A program made the position numbers and the translations under genes. Positions 12,061 through 25,216 of a stretch of DNA of 64,000 bases are shown here, one piece after another. Position 1 is the first letter of the stretch. The number at the start of each line of letters is the position of its first letter. The DNA comes from Ptychomitrium polyphyllum (taxonomy: Eukaryota), in NCBI GenBank assembly GCA_973851085.1, contig OZ316776.1:9176001-9240000 (forward strand). Reading direction: 5' to 3'. The notes beneath the pieces were generated by a model. The model worked only from the letters and a program-made list of their open reading frames with translations, was not told the DNA's origin and ran no database searches.

Positions 12061-14439
12061 TGTGGCTCGTGCTGTTGTGGACTGCCTCGTCCACGAACTT
12101 TTGCTCAATGGATCTTGAGTGTTGTTTGAATGAGGAGCGTTTTAAAAATTACTTAGGAGGTTCTAAACTTTCATGCTAAGGATTGCCCCGTAGTATCTTA
12201 ACAAATTTATGGTATGTTTGTTGAGACAAGGTTTCATAGTTTATTAGGTTTTTTTGTTCTAAGATTTAAATATTATCCTTAAAATATATTGCTTGTCTTT
12301 GATTTCATATAGGTAGATTTAATTGTTGAATGTTTTCAATTGATATTTTTATAAATTTTGAATAGTTGGCAAAAAATCAGATTAAGAACTATTAAGTGGA
12401 TAATATTTTGTGCAAGCTATTTTTAATTGTATATTTGTTTAGAAATTATGTAATTATTGTATTATTTATAGTTTTTAACTTACTTTATGAATGGAAAAGG
12501 AAGTTGTAGTCTAATCCTATGAAGCTTGAAATTGGCAATTGCTTTTTGATAATCCTTAGTCATACAATTGCAATCCATGGTTATAATTCTAAAATTGAAG
12601 TGACATTTTTTAGACCAATAATTGTAGACATGATAATTGTAATGATAGTCATTATTGCCTTACTTTCAGTCATTGGTGCATTATTTATACTTACAATTCT
12701 TACATTACAATTTGTAATTCTTGAACTATAACTTGCAGTTTCTAAATTGCGGCTTATAATCATTAGACTTAGATTTATAGTTGACCAATCACAACTTGTA
12801 ATTGCATGACTTGTGATTGCCCATTGATTGTTGCATATATATAATCACCACCCACAGTTACTAATATGGAGTTGTAATTATGCTCTTGCAATTGTAACCA
12901 CATTTAGTGTCCATCAACATCTATTGACATGCAGTTGCGGGCACCATGACGTGTAATCAATTGGTGCACATTTGTAGTCACCAATACTTGCATAAGTAGT
13001 AAAGTGCTGCTAATTTGCAGTTGCCTTGTTAAACTTGTCATTAATGAATCCATAGTCATCTTGTCTACATGGATTTACATTTTTTCTTATCTTCCTTTTT
13101 TTTTTGCCACATCATCTTTTGTACATGTGGACTCTATTTTCTAATGCATCTCAAATATTCAAAATATCCACGTAAACAATTGAAATAGGACTTGCATTAA
13201 AGGTAAAAATTAAAACCATATTGCAATAAAAAATCAAACAAACTCAATATATCACACATCACATCCATCACAACTATCATAAGACAAGTTGTCCAATTAA
13301 TTTTTTTTAAATGGTTATGTTTGATAATTATGGTGCTTAATAGCTTCAACTAAGGATTATAGTTATAAATGAGCATTAGAGCAATCATTTTGGAAGACCT
13401 TTACAATGGATCATTTTATTATATATATGTATACCACCTTCATTTACATATATCACATTTCTACAAAGACCAATCTTTTAATTACAAGAAATTTATTCAA
13501 ATGAAAAAAATACCTATTAAACATCCAAGTTCTTTTTATATTTTGAAGTATTCTGATTCATTAAGCACTTATGTTAAAAAAAAAATCTAAATTATATAAC
13601 TTTAGACAAAAGATGAATCACTTCTATAATATAATTCTATCCACATTATTCTTTTAAGTTGTTTGTTGTGCATTTTTATAAAAAAATTAAATTTTTTGAT
13701 TTAATTCTTATCCTATCCACAATAGATACATGTTAATGATTCATTTTGTGTATATCATGTTGGACATAAATGAATTTATTTTATTACAAAGGAATGACTT
13801 TATATGAAATCACGGGCATGATTATGTGCTAATCATTTTCATTATTTTTTAAAATTGAGAAGTTTAAAGCGTCATTTTGATTAAATTGGAGGCACCATGT
13901 TTTTAAAAAAAATGCAAGACAAATGATGATGCATTTATAGCATAAGGTGATTAATGTTTGGTATTGTGCTTAGTTTTCAACATTTTTTAAATTTTCTTTC
14001 ATAAAATTTCAAATAAACTTTATAATCTATTCATGGCCATTAATAATTCAATATTGAAGTAATTTTGGCTAAATTGATATATTTTATAATGAAGCATATG
14101 TTTAAAATTAAATATTTATGTATAATTAATATATACATTAAACACAATAATTGTTATTTCATTAAAATTTTACAATGTATTTAAAATTTGCATTTTAAAA
14201 ATCTATTGTATACATGTGATTTTGATTATTTACAAAAAATAAAAATATCTAAGATCTACAAATTTTATGTATTTCTTCTTCAAAAATGGATATATTATTT
14301 TTTAGGTCTTTAGAAAAGAATGCATATAATCCATCATGGTTGAATAAACTTGATTTTCCATTACCCTCAATATTAAAAACACACAAAGGTTGAAAGAAAT
14401 GTAAATAGATTATTTTCCTTTCAAATGTCCTTGTTATTA

Positions 14440-14840
14440 AGATACATAAGAAATAAAAAATTAAATAAGAAGTGGTTTCAAGAATTAGCCTCCAAGAGGC
14501 TACTATATTATAAGAATTGGTGCAAGAACTAAAGAAAAGGCAACATTATGGATAATGCTTTATAATTTGTATTGGAATTTTAAAAATGTACTTCATCTTG
14601 CTTTTTATTTATATTATGAACCTTATACTTTCAAGAATTTGTTTTAAAACTTATTTATAATGCTATAAAAATATTTAGAGGTTTATGGAACTTTCTTAGG
14701 AAGTTTTCAAGACAAGTGAAAAGGCTATGGAGGCTATTGGAAGCTATTAGAAGTTTCTTTATATCTAATAGAAGGTTGTTAAAAGCTATCAAAAGGTTCT
14801 TAGAATCTATTAGAATTTATTGGAAGGTTTTTGAAAACCA
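14440..14840 (-). mobile_element. Degenerate LTR relic, inverted relative to the LTR at ~15860-17504
   Basis: GGAACTTTCTTAGGAAGTTTTCAAGAC...GGCTAT resembles the reverse complement of ~15940-15990, and 14470-14570 resembles the reverse complement of ~17395-17475. Boundaries are approximate. Confidence 0.45.
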
Positions 14841-16233
14841 TAATATGTAATGTTGTTTGTAATACTAGGTACCAAGAGCATTTTGGACCAAAAGATGAAG
14901 GCTTCTATTATTGCCCTTAATAGTCTTCAATCAAATATTATGGATATTAGAATATTTTAATTTGAAGTTCTTAAATAAAAATAGCTAATAAATATATAGA
15001 GTAGATTAATAGATGATTGTTCTGTTGTAACAAATGCTTATTTTTGTTGTAGCAAATGCTTGTTGCTTCTACATGTTTAAATTTGATTTAAAAATGTTTA
15101 CAATATCAAAGATATATATAACATTGTTGTTTGTAAATGTCAATGCACAAATGAAATTGTCTCTTACTTGACCAAATTTTTAATTTAAAGTATCAAAAGA
15201 TATTATGCAAATACTTGTAATGCATCCATTAATCATTTCTTTTAAGTGGCTTGATATTTATGCTAATTAGATTAAGTTGTAGGCTCTATAGATTAACATT
15301 GATGGAATAGAAATAAATCTTATTATTTTCCTTGCCAAAGTAATAATGCATTCTACATGTGGTCACAAAATAAGAATTATGCTCAATTTATAAAATTTAT
15401 TAATTAATCCGATAGTCTATTATTTCACACAATATTGTAAAGATGGGACATCAAAAATAAAACAAACAAGTCTCCAATAGATTTTAAATGTACAATCAAC
15501 TAAAGGTAAGCTAAGGGAAAGATGTTCTTATTGATTGAAGTAAAATCTTGTTAGTTGAATTAAAACCTTGCATTTTCTAAAGCTTAAAATCTCATAGTAC
15601 ATGAAATTAGTGTTGGAATTTACAAGCCATAATTTCCAAAAAATAAGCCAATTGGATATTGAATGCTTCTTTGTTCTTATAATATGAACAGTTATTGGTA
15701 CATGTTAATAAGAATAAAAAAACAATGGTTTTGATTATGTTTTCAAAAAATAAAAATACTCTATTTATAAATCAAAATCTTTACAAGTTGTATATACTTT
15801 ATGCTTTTGTTTTGAATAAACTTATGTGGATTGTTGTAAAAAATATGCTAAAACGGATTTAAATCATGCAACACAATCTTTAGAACTTTTTAGAACCTTC
15901 TAGTATATTATAATAGCTTCTTAGAATACTTTCAATGTTTCTATAGCCGTTTCCACATCTTTGAAAAATTTCCTAGGAAAGTTCCACCTTCTTAAGAAAC
16001 CTCTTAGGAAGGTCTTAACTCTTTAAGAAACTTCCAAGGAAGGTTCAAACTCTTTAGAAGCTTCTTAAGAAGGTTCCAATTTTTTGATAAGGTTCCGTAG
16101 ACTTCTTAGATATTATTCTTTATTTTTGTAGAAAGCTTCTAAAAAGTATCACAAAAGATACAAGCATTATACTATAAATAGGAAATAAGACAAGGTATTC
16201 CTTGGCCTTACCAACACAAGTTGTTGCAACCCT

Positions 16234-17375
16234 TGTAATGCACCTTAGCAAGCGTCACGCGCGTCAACCCTGTACACCCCCACATGCACATGATTAATCC
16301 CCATTCTTACTTTCTAAGTCTTTCTACCATTTTTCTTAAGACACCCAATTGATTGGTAGCCAATGGTTAGGTGCGGACTTCCATTCATGTCCAAGGCCTC
16401 ACTTGGTGTTACTCTCATTCCACACGGCCAAACCGCACTTAGTGGTGTCTCCTCACTACCACTCATGATCTCCATGCGATCCTAAGATCACCCCAGGCCA
16501 TCATGGTGCCGGTGTGAAGACACCACTTCAATTTAGTAGTAACAAGCATACCATTTTAAATGTGCTAGTTCCCTCTGTGAAACCGGCCACCTTCTGGCTC
16601 ACAATGGTGTGGAAGTCCCCGTGGAAAAGCTCCAACACTAGCTCCACCAACCGGGACTCATCCTTGGTCTCTACCGGGACACTAAGGGAGTGGGGAGGGG
16701 GACCAGCCCTCCCTTATAGTACTCTCTGTGGGATTCGGCAAGCCCTCTGTAGCTGGCTGAACCCCGACACACCTAGAGTTTTGGAAGACCATCCGATCTC
16801 CCTTGGGACTTAGCCGCTGGAAGCCTTCGGAATTCCCAGCGGACCTTCAGGGAGCCCTATCTTCCTCATCCAATGCCCGAATGTATCAAGCAACTACTCT
16901 ATCGTCATTTACTCTTTGCGTAGATGCCGATAGACTCCTCAAACGTCCAATTTGAGTTAGTATTGTGGGAGATACGCCTCTCTCAAGGTTCGAGACTCCC
17001 GGGGAGTCCCTCCCTGGACTGTCCCAGTCCAGTACAGTCACTGTGTGGGACTGCCACAGTCCAAAACAGCCGCTTGGCAACCCCAACTTTGGGATGCCAT
17101 AACTTTTAGCTCCCTTGTCCGATTTGAGCAATCTTTAGCATTCTAGACTCAGCTCAATGTGATTCCTCCAATGCCCACAATTTATCTTTTGTGGCCCTCG
17201 GTCTACATGGGCAAGGATGTTTCTCTTCCTAGGGGGTCCTTCTTAGGGGGTCCTTCCTACGCTAGACCTACTCGGTTCCCCTGACTATCGGCGCCACAAG
17301 TCCTGGACGTCACTCTGGGGTCCCCCTTGTGCCCTTAGTGTTGCGGGCACTCCTCAAGGAGAGGTGCACAATACA
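16234..17375. mobile_element. GC-richer solo-LTR-like insertion (~1.14 kb) inside the LTR of element A
   Basis: Starts TGTAATGCACCT and ends AGGTGCACAATACA (TG...CA with imperfect terminal inverted repeat). Abrupt rise in GC content, and the host LTR sequence resumes after it. No clear TSD. Confidence 0.6.
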
Positions 17376-19139
17376 AATTGTGGATCATATTGTATCTTGC
17401 CTTGTTTTAGTCTTTGTATTAAGTTCTTGTTTATCTTAAGCTTTTTGAAAGCCAATTCTTAGAAGACACTTTATTTCTCCTTCTTAATTCTTGTGTCTAT
17501 AATAGTTTGGCAAGACTATTCTACAATCTTATAAAAGCTAAAGTTCTTTGAAGAAGATATCGGATTATCCATCTTTTTTAGGATTCCATAGCGTCTTAGA
17601 GGTTGCGGATTATCTTCTTCTAATCTGACACCATAAAGTTGGTTTTTTCTTCTACTAGATTATTTCTTTTTAAGAAGGAAAAATCTTTCAGAGGAGGTGG
17701 ATTAATCTCCTTTGAAGGTATTCATAGCCTTTTTGTCTTTGACAGTCTTAAGTAATGGATAACGTGCTTGGAACATCAAAGAACAAATTTGCAATTATTG
17801 TAAATTTTTAAGAGTTATTAAACACAGTTTGAAGAGAACTCGCTTGGTTCAACATTACCAACAATATAAAGAAGCATACTTGGTACATTGAAGAATCTAA
17901 TGGCAATATTCAAAATTTATATCAAGAGGTTGTTTGATTGTGAGAGGCCAATATTAGAAGAGAAAGCTTACGTCAAAACCATGTAGAGCCAAAGATTAGT
18001 ATGCTAGACAAATTTGATGAATTAAGATCAAAGTTGAAAGGTTGTGTTCAACAAGTAAGACTCTTGCTTGGTTTGCATCAATCTCGCTATCTTGATGGTA
18101 CTATTCAAGTGGAATTTGTAGCTACTCTTCTACAAACAAGATACTATCGTGGTTTGCATCATTAATGGAGAAGCATTTACCATTATTGAACAATTTAAAT
18201 GATTTTATGCAAGTGTTGACATTTATTTTTGGAGACAAAAACTAAGAGAAGGTGGATGAAACAAAGATCCAGAGTCTATAACAAGAACAACGCTTGGCTG
18301 CCTCATATGCTATAGAATTTTGACAACTAACTTGCGACCTTGATTGGAACAATAAGGCCTTGGTTACACGATTCCGATCGAACCTAAGAAAAAATGTGAA
18401 GGACTTGCTATTTACAATGCCAAAGGCTGAAATGTTGGACAAATTCATCACTCAAATAATAGCATGTGACAATAGATTATTTGGAAAGCGCAAAAAACAA
18501 CGCTTGGGATGGCAATCAATACAGCAAGGTATGGCAATCATTTCTTCAAAAGCATTAAAAAACCAACCACAAGGACTATAATCTATGCAAATTGATCTTG
18601 CCCAATTTAGATGTTTGACTCCAGAAGAAAAAGAAAAGTGTCAAAAAATAAACCTATGTTTGTATTATTGCAAGTCTGAATATAAAGTGCGCAGTTGGCA
18701 AATCAAAGGATCTGCCTTTAAAGCTCAAAGTACAATGGTGGAGTTAAAAAACAAGGCTGTCTAGTTATAGTAAAGACCATGCAACTGGACACCATAAAGA
18801 AACAATCATCAAATCAAGGTCTATTACTACCTCCAATTCCTACATCTTGCTTTCTGTTTCCTATCAAAATTAAATTATTAAACAATGAAATAATTAGTGA
18901 AACTCTTTTGGACACTGGTGCAACGGAATGCTTCATAGATAAGGATTTTGCAAAGAAACACCATATAATGCTTGTGAACAAAAAACATCACGCACCTATT
19001 GAGGTTATCAATGGATGATCTCTTGCATCTAGTAATATCATTGAAGAAACTTAGCCTTTGGAGGTTGTTTTAGTAGACAAAGCATCTACAATTGTCTTCA
19101 ACATCATTCAATGCCAAACAAATCCTATTGTCTTGGACC

Positions 19140-22100
19140 TGTTATGGACATACATATTAGAAGCATGTAAAAAGGTTTTTAGAAGATTTAGGAAGCTTCC
19201 AAAGAAATTTCCTTGATTTAAAAAACTTCCAAGGAAGTTATCTTGAATTAAAAAGCTTTCAAGGAAGTTGCTATGGCCTAGGAAGCTTCCAAGGAAATTA
19301 CCTTTGGGTTAGGATGCTTTCAAGGATGTTGCCTTGGCTGAGGAAGCTTCCAAAGAAGTTACCTTAGCCTAGGAAACTTCCAAGAAAGCAATTTAAGATT
19401 GCTTGAGTATAAAGCAATGTAGGTAAAGCTTCTCAAGAAACTTCTAAAGCTTGTAGTTTTTGTATATATAGGAATCACAGCTGAAGAGCTCTTTAGTTTC
19501 AACAATGCATCTCTTGTGGTCTACTTCAAACCTTTTGACCTTGACTATTGTATCTTGTTGTAGCTCTTTACCTCTAATATACTTGGACTTATCTTGCTCC
19601 ACATCCTAGAATTTTGGAGCCTTATCTTGGGGTTACTTTGTCTGTAACAGTTTGTTGAGATTGCCATACAACAATACCAAAGCTTGATCTTTCTTGATAG
19701 AGAGCGGATCATCCCTCTTCCTCAAAAGCACTATAGCACTCTAGAGGTTGCGGATTACTTTCTTTTGGACTGATATTTCTTCTTGAATTTTCTTTGGTTT
19801 CTTGCGTAGTTAGTAGTTTTTATCTTTTTCCACTTCATTTCTATGCCAAAGGGTGAAAAAATCAATATGATTGATTCAAAAAAACAAAGTTAGATTCCAT
19901 TATTAATGCCTTTGAAGCATTGAGGATCAAGATCAACACTTTATCCAAGCAAAATGAAGAACTATATTTGACCATACACAATGATCAAGGAGCAGAAACA
20001 CTACAGCTGCTATCCCAAGTCAATTTAGGTGTTTCATTGTCTAAACCTAATTTAGTAGATGACAAACAAATTTAACTTAGGAATTCAATGCCAACAACCA
20101 AAGAACCAAGAATTAGCCTTTCAGAAAAGTTTAATGGTAGGCGTTCAAAATTTTGAGGCTTTGTAAACTAAGTTCACCTTGTTACCTTACTTCAACCTCG
20201 ACGGTATTCTACGGACGCTTTGCATGTTGGTTAGGTAGGAATGTTGCTCTTAGGACAAGCATTGTCCTGGTTTGCATCACTTTTTGAGAAAAATTCCCCT
20301 ATATTTAGCAACTTTGATGCGTTTCTAGTTGCATTTGTAGAAGCATTTGGTAACCATGATAAGCTTTGTTTTGCAACTACTAAGATTTGTGCCTTGTGCC
20401 AAGGGCCACATTCTATGTCAATTTATGCATTAGAATTTTGACAACTTGTATGCAACATCAATTGTGGAAAAAAAGCGCTGATGAGTCAATTTCATTGAGG
20501 CGTATGCAACGAGGTTAAGGATTTATTGCTATCTATGCCAGACCCCCAAACACTTGATGAGGCCATTAGCCAAGCTTTGAAGTGCGATAATTGTCTATTT
20601 CAATGTTGACAAGATAAACAGTCTTTGATTATGCCTCAGCCTTTTGCCAGCTTTTTAGTAGCTGCAACCCCGTTTATTTTTAATAAATATTTAGAAGCAG
20701 GATCCATGCACATTGATGCGGTTTGCTTCAAGTTCCTTACAAAATATGAGAAGTAGAAACGAAGTAAATAAGAGTTGTGTTTGTACTGTGAAAAATTTAG
20801 CTACAAGGTTGATAATTGCCTAGACAAACCTCCACGTACATATCGGATGAGAGGTACAACCACCATGCCGAATACTTTGCAGGAAAACAAAAATGTCCAG
20901 TTACAATAGAGGCCGTGCAGCTAGATCCGCTTCCTTCACAAGAAAACAAAGGTCTTGTTCTATCAACCCATCCTTCTTCTTGTTTTACTATACTTGTTTG
21001 CTTAGGTGTTCAAAAGTGCAAAAGCCTTGCTCTAATAGATTCAAGAGCCTCTGCTTGCTTTATTAACAAAGAATTTTTGAAAACCCATAAATTTCCTTTT
21101 AGTAGAAAACCCATTTGTCCATGTAGAAGTCATAGATGGTCGACCGTTATTTTCTAGAGATGTTATTCATGAGACCAAGCCATCAATAGTAACATTGAAC
21201 AACCATAGTAGTTAAGTGATATTTAATGTTATGAAGTTTCTGTCAAGTCCCATCATTTGAGGGCTTTTTTGGCTTGAAAAGTACAACCCCAAAAAATTAG
21301 GCATTTTGCAAAATTTAATTTCCATCATTAGAACCTGTAACTACTAAGCCTACGGAAGAAGCTGAAGCATTTTATAGATCTAAAAAGCCTCTCTTTATTG
21401 GAGCTAGAACACTTATGAGAGCAGCAAAGACTAGTGCTTTTTTTTGGTGTGTATGCAATTCCAATATCCAAAGTTCTGGCTTCATCCTCAATCATTCTAG
21501 AAAAGTATAAAAAATTCAATAATATATTCAAAAAGAAGAATGTAGACACCCTACCAAAACATCGTCCTTATGACTGTACCATAGATCTCCAATACAGTGC
21601 CCAACTACCATTTGGACCTATCAATAATTTATCTCAAAATGAGCTTTCATTAGTGAGGGAGTATATTGATGAAAATTTAGTCAAGAATTTCATACAACAT
21701 TCAAAGTCTCTTGCTGGTGTTCCGATACTTTTTTAAAGAATAAAGATAGATCTTTACGAATGTGTGTCAATTACCGTGGCCTCAACAAAATGACGGTGAA
21801 AAACCAATATCCATTGCTGCTAATATCTAGGCTTTTTGATCAACTGGGCCAAGCAAAGATTTATACCAAAATAGACCTATGAGGAGCCTACAATTTGATG
21901 CGCATAAAAGAAGGAGACGAATGGAAGACGGCTTTTCAAACAAGGTATGGACAGTTTGAATACAATATCATGCTTTTTAGGCTTACCAAAGCACCTGCCA
22001 TTTTCAGCACTTGATGAATGACATATTTTGGGAGAGCCTTGATAATTTTGTCATATGCTATTTGGATGATATCATCTCCAACAAAGGACTATTGATGGAT

Positions 22101-25100
22101 TTAAAGAAGGTCAAAGCAATTAGCGATTAAACAAGGCCAAAATCGGTACGTGATGTCCAATGTTTTTTTGTATTTGCAAATTTCTATAAGATCCTCATCA
22201 AGGACTATTTTCGAATAGCTACACCACTCACGCGACTGACATGCAAGGAAAAACTTGAGTAGAAATTGGATGCTGAGGATGTATTCCAAAGTTTAAAGCG
22301 AGCTTTTACCATAGCTCCTATTCTAGTCCATCCAAACTTTTCAAAGCAATTTTATCTTAAGACAAATGCTTCCAACTTTGTACTAGGTGCACTTTTGTCA
22401 CAAACGGAGGAAGAAGGGAGATTCCAACCAATTGCATTCCATTCCAGAAAGTTTTCAGCTTCAGAAATCAACTACAAGATCCACGACAAGGAGCTCCTTA
22501 CAATTGTGGATTCCTTCCAAAAATGGCGTCACTTGCTTGAAGGTGCCAAACATCCAGTGATTGTATATACAAATCACAAGAATTTGGAATATTTCATGTC
22601 AGCCCGTGTTTTGAATCGTCGCTAAACTCGTTGGAGTATGTCTCTATTTTGATTTGATTTTGGCATCACATATCGACTCGGAAAACAACAAAGGTTATCA
22701 GATGCTTTGTCAAGGCAATCATACTTTGCGCCAAAAAAAGGAGGTAGTACACAATCAACAACAAGCAACTTTGTTGAAACCTAAATGGTTTTGTATATGC
22801 ATAACCATCATTTCAACTCCAGTGGATTCATTATTCTTTGACCAAGTGCGTGTGGCATCTATCAAAAACCCTCTTATTTTTGATATCAAGCGTTGTTCCA
22901 ACAACCTCCCTGAAGATGTGTCTAAGTTCAAATGTAAAGACAACCTTATTTACTTTGAAGAACGTCTATATATTCCTAAATGACCAGTTCGCCTTTGCAT
23001 ACTTCAAACACGTTATGATTTTTCTGTGATTGGACATTTTGGATTCAACAAAACCTTGGAACTCCTCTCGAGAGACTTTTGGTGGCCTCAAATGTGGAAG
23101 GCCATTAAAGAATTTGTACTCTTGTGTGATACCTACTCTAAGTCAAAAAATCCTTTACACCGTCCATATGGACTTTACCAACCACTGCCTATTCTAAGGC
23201 AATTGTAGTTGTCATTTTCAATGGATTTCACTATAGATCTTCCACCGTCAAATTCTTTTAATACTATCTTCGTTGTGGTAGACCAGTTGACCAAGATGGC
23301 ACATTTTATACCTTGCAAAAAGACAATTATGGGTGAAGAAACTACCACACTCTTCTTGGATAATGTCTAACGCTACCACGGATTACTCGACGATATTATA
23401 TCAAATCGTGAACCGCAGTTTATATTAAGATTTTGGAAGTCGCTCTTTAGAATCCTTAAAGTAGATATAAAACTTTCTTCTGCCTTCAATCTTTAGATCG
23501 ATGGTCAAACAGAGAAAGTTAATAAGATCTTAGAGCAATATTTGAGGTGTACCATCAACTACCAACAAGATGATTGGACTTCCTACTTGACATTGGCTAA
23601 GTTTGCCTATAACAACATCACTCACGCTTCTACTTAACAAACGCCATTCTACTCCAACTATGGCCATCATCTAAAGATGGATATGTTATAGCCTCCACGA
23701 TCTGAGAATCTAGCAGTAGAGAAATTTGCCACAAGAATGGCAGAGCTTCAAACAACCATGAAGACTCAACTAAAAGAAGCTTGGAAATATAAAAAACGGC
23801 AGGAGATGCAATAAGAAAGGAACAACCTCCATTCCAAGTTGGTGAGAAGGTGTGGCTCCTTCGACGCAATATAAGGACCACTAGGCCAAATGACAAGCTG
23901 GACTATCGTAGATTGGGACCATTTAAAATCAAAAAACAAGTCAACCACGTGGCATATTGTTTGGAACTATTAACATCAATAAAGGTACATCTCATCTTTC
24001 ATGTTTCATTTTTGGAGACTTATTAGGAATCAAGTATTTTTGGACAAAGGCAGCTGTCACCACCTCTGGTCAAAATCGACAATCACCATGAATTTAAAGT
24101 GGAAGAAGTGCTTGACTCTCGGATAAAACATGGAATGCTGGAATACTTGGTACATTAGCATGGATATGACATTAGTGAACGTACACGGGAGCCAGCTAAC
24201 AATCTTGCCAATTCACCAGTAAAAATTTGTAAGTTCCATCAACAATATCAATCCAAACAAAAAGTAGCAGCATAAAGTATAATGACTTGATAAGGTTGCG
24301 TAATCGTTAAGGTTCTATATGCTTGAATTTTTAGATCATAAGTTTCCACAGCCCTAGATATGATTTAGAAATTAGTTGTTTGTATTTTGAAATTTGTCAT
24401 AGTTTTTTAAGACTAACTGGATATATTAGATATGAACAATCAAGATGCAAATTCTATGCCAATGGTATTAATCCAACCAAGTGGCTCTCGTCAACAACCA
24501 CGTAATGAAGAACAAATTGGACCAAGAAGACGTCGGAGGATATCCAGCAATAGATTGTTGGTGATTGTCTTTGAAGTGGAGCCAACTTACAAAAGTTATC
24601 TAGAAGTTGTTTTTGAAGGACTCTTTCATAATAAAGATATAGAAATTTATGCTTGGTTTTAAGTAGAAGGCGTTGGACATTATCAATGGTTACAAGGATC
24701 CATGAACCATTTGAATCAAAAAAAGAAATTAGAGTATGTTGCAGATATTATGCAACATATTTTTGACTTTTTACAACTCTAAGCATTTGTTGCTTCTTGG
24801 AGACTTCAGAGCTAGAAGAGGAGGTGATGTTACATACATACATACTAGAAGCATCTAAAAATATTCTTAGAAGATTTAAGAAGCTTTTAAGGAAGTTGCC
24901 ATGGCTGAGGAAGCTTCCAAAGAAGTTATCTTGGCTTAAGAAACTTCCAAGGAAGCAATTCAAGATTGCTTGAGTATAAAGCAATGTAGGTGAAGCTTCT
25001 CAAGAAGCTTCCAAAGCTTGTAGTTTGAGTGTATATAGGACTCAAGATTGAAGAACTCTTTAGTCTCAACAATGCATCTCTTGTGGTCCATTTTAGACCT

Positions 25101-25216
25101 TTTGGCCTTGACTATTGTACCTTGTTGTAGTTCTTTACCTCTAATATACTTGGACTTATCTTGCTCCACATCTTGGAATCCTAGAGCCTTAACTTGTGGT
25201 TACTTTGCCTGTAATA
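19140..25216 (+). mobile_element. Full-length but decayed chromodomain-bearing Ty3/gypsy retrotransposon 'B' (chromovirus) nested in the protease of element A
   Basis: 5' LTR 19140-19649 (TG...TGTAACA) and 3' LTR 24828-25216 (TG...TGTAATA). PPT AGAAGAGGAGGTGA precedes the 3' LTR. TSD GGACC/GAACC. Gag, PR (ALIDSRASACFI), RT (YLDDI), RNase H (HDKELLTIV), integrase (GHFGFNKTLELL, DGQTEKVNKILEQYLR, GPF) and chromodomain (EFKVEEVLDSRIKHGMLEYLVH*HGYD) are recognisable. Confidence 0.93.
19190..19390 (+). repeat. ~30-bp minisatellite (GGAAGCTTCCAAGGAAGTTRCCTTGGCCTA-like) inside the 5' LTR of element B
   Basis: About 7 degenerate units, against about 3-4 units in the 3' LTR (24875-24960). Confidence 0.8.

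Noticed and set aside
12500..13050. Hydrophobic ORFs in an AATTGCA/AATTGTA-rich tract
   Set aside because: A low-complexity degenerate repeat explains the Ile/Val-rich translation.
19190..19390. Regularly spaced palindromic ~30-bp repeats resembling a CRISPR array
   Set aside because: There are no unique spacers, the context is eukaryotic, and the array lies within an LTR.
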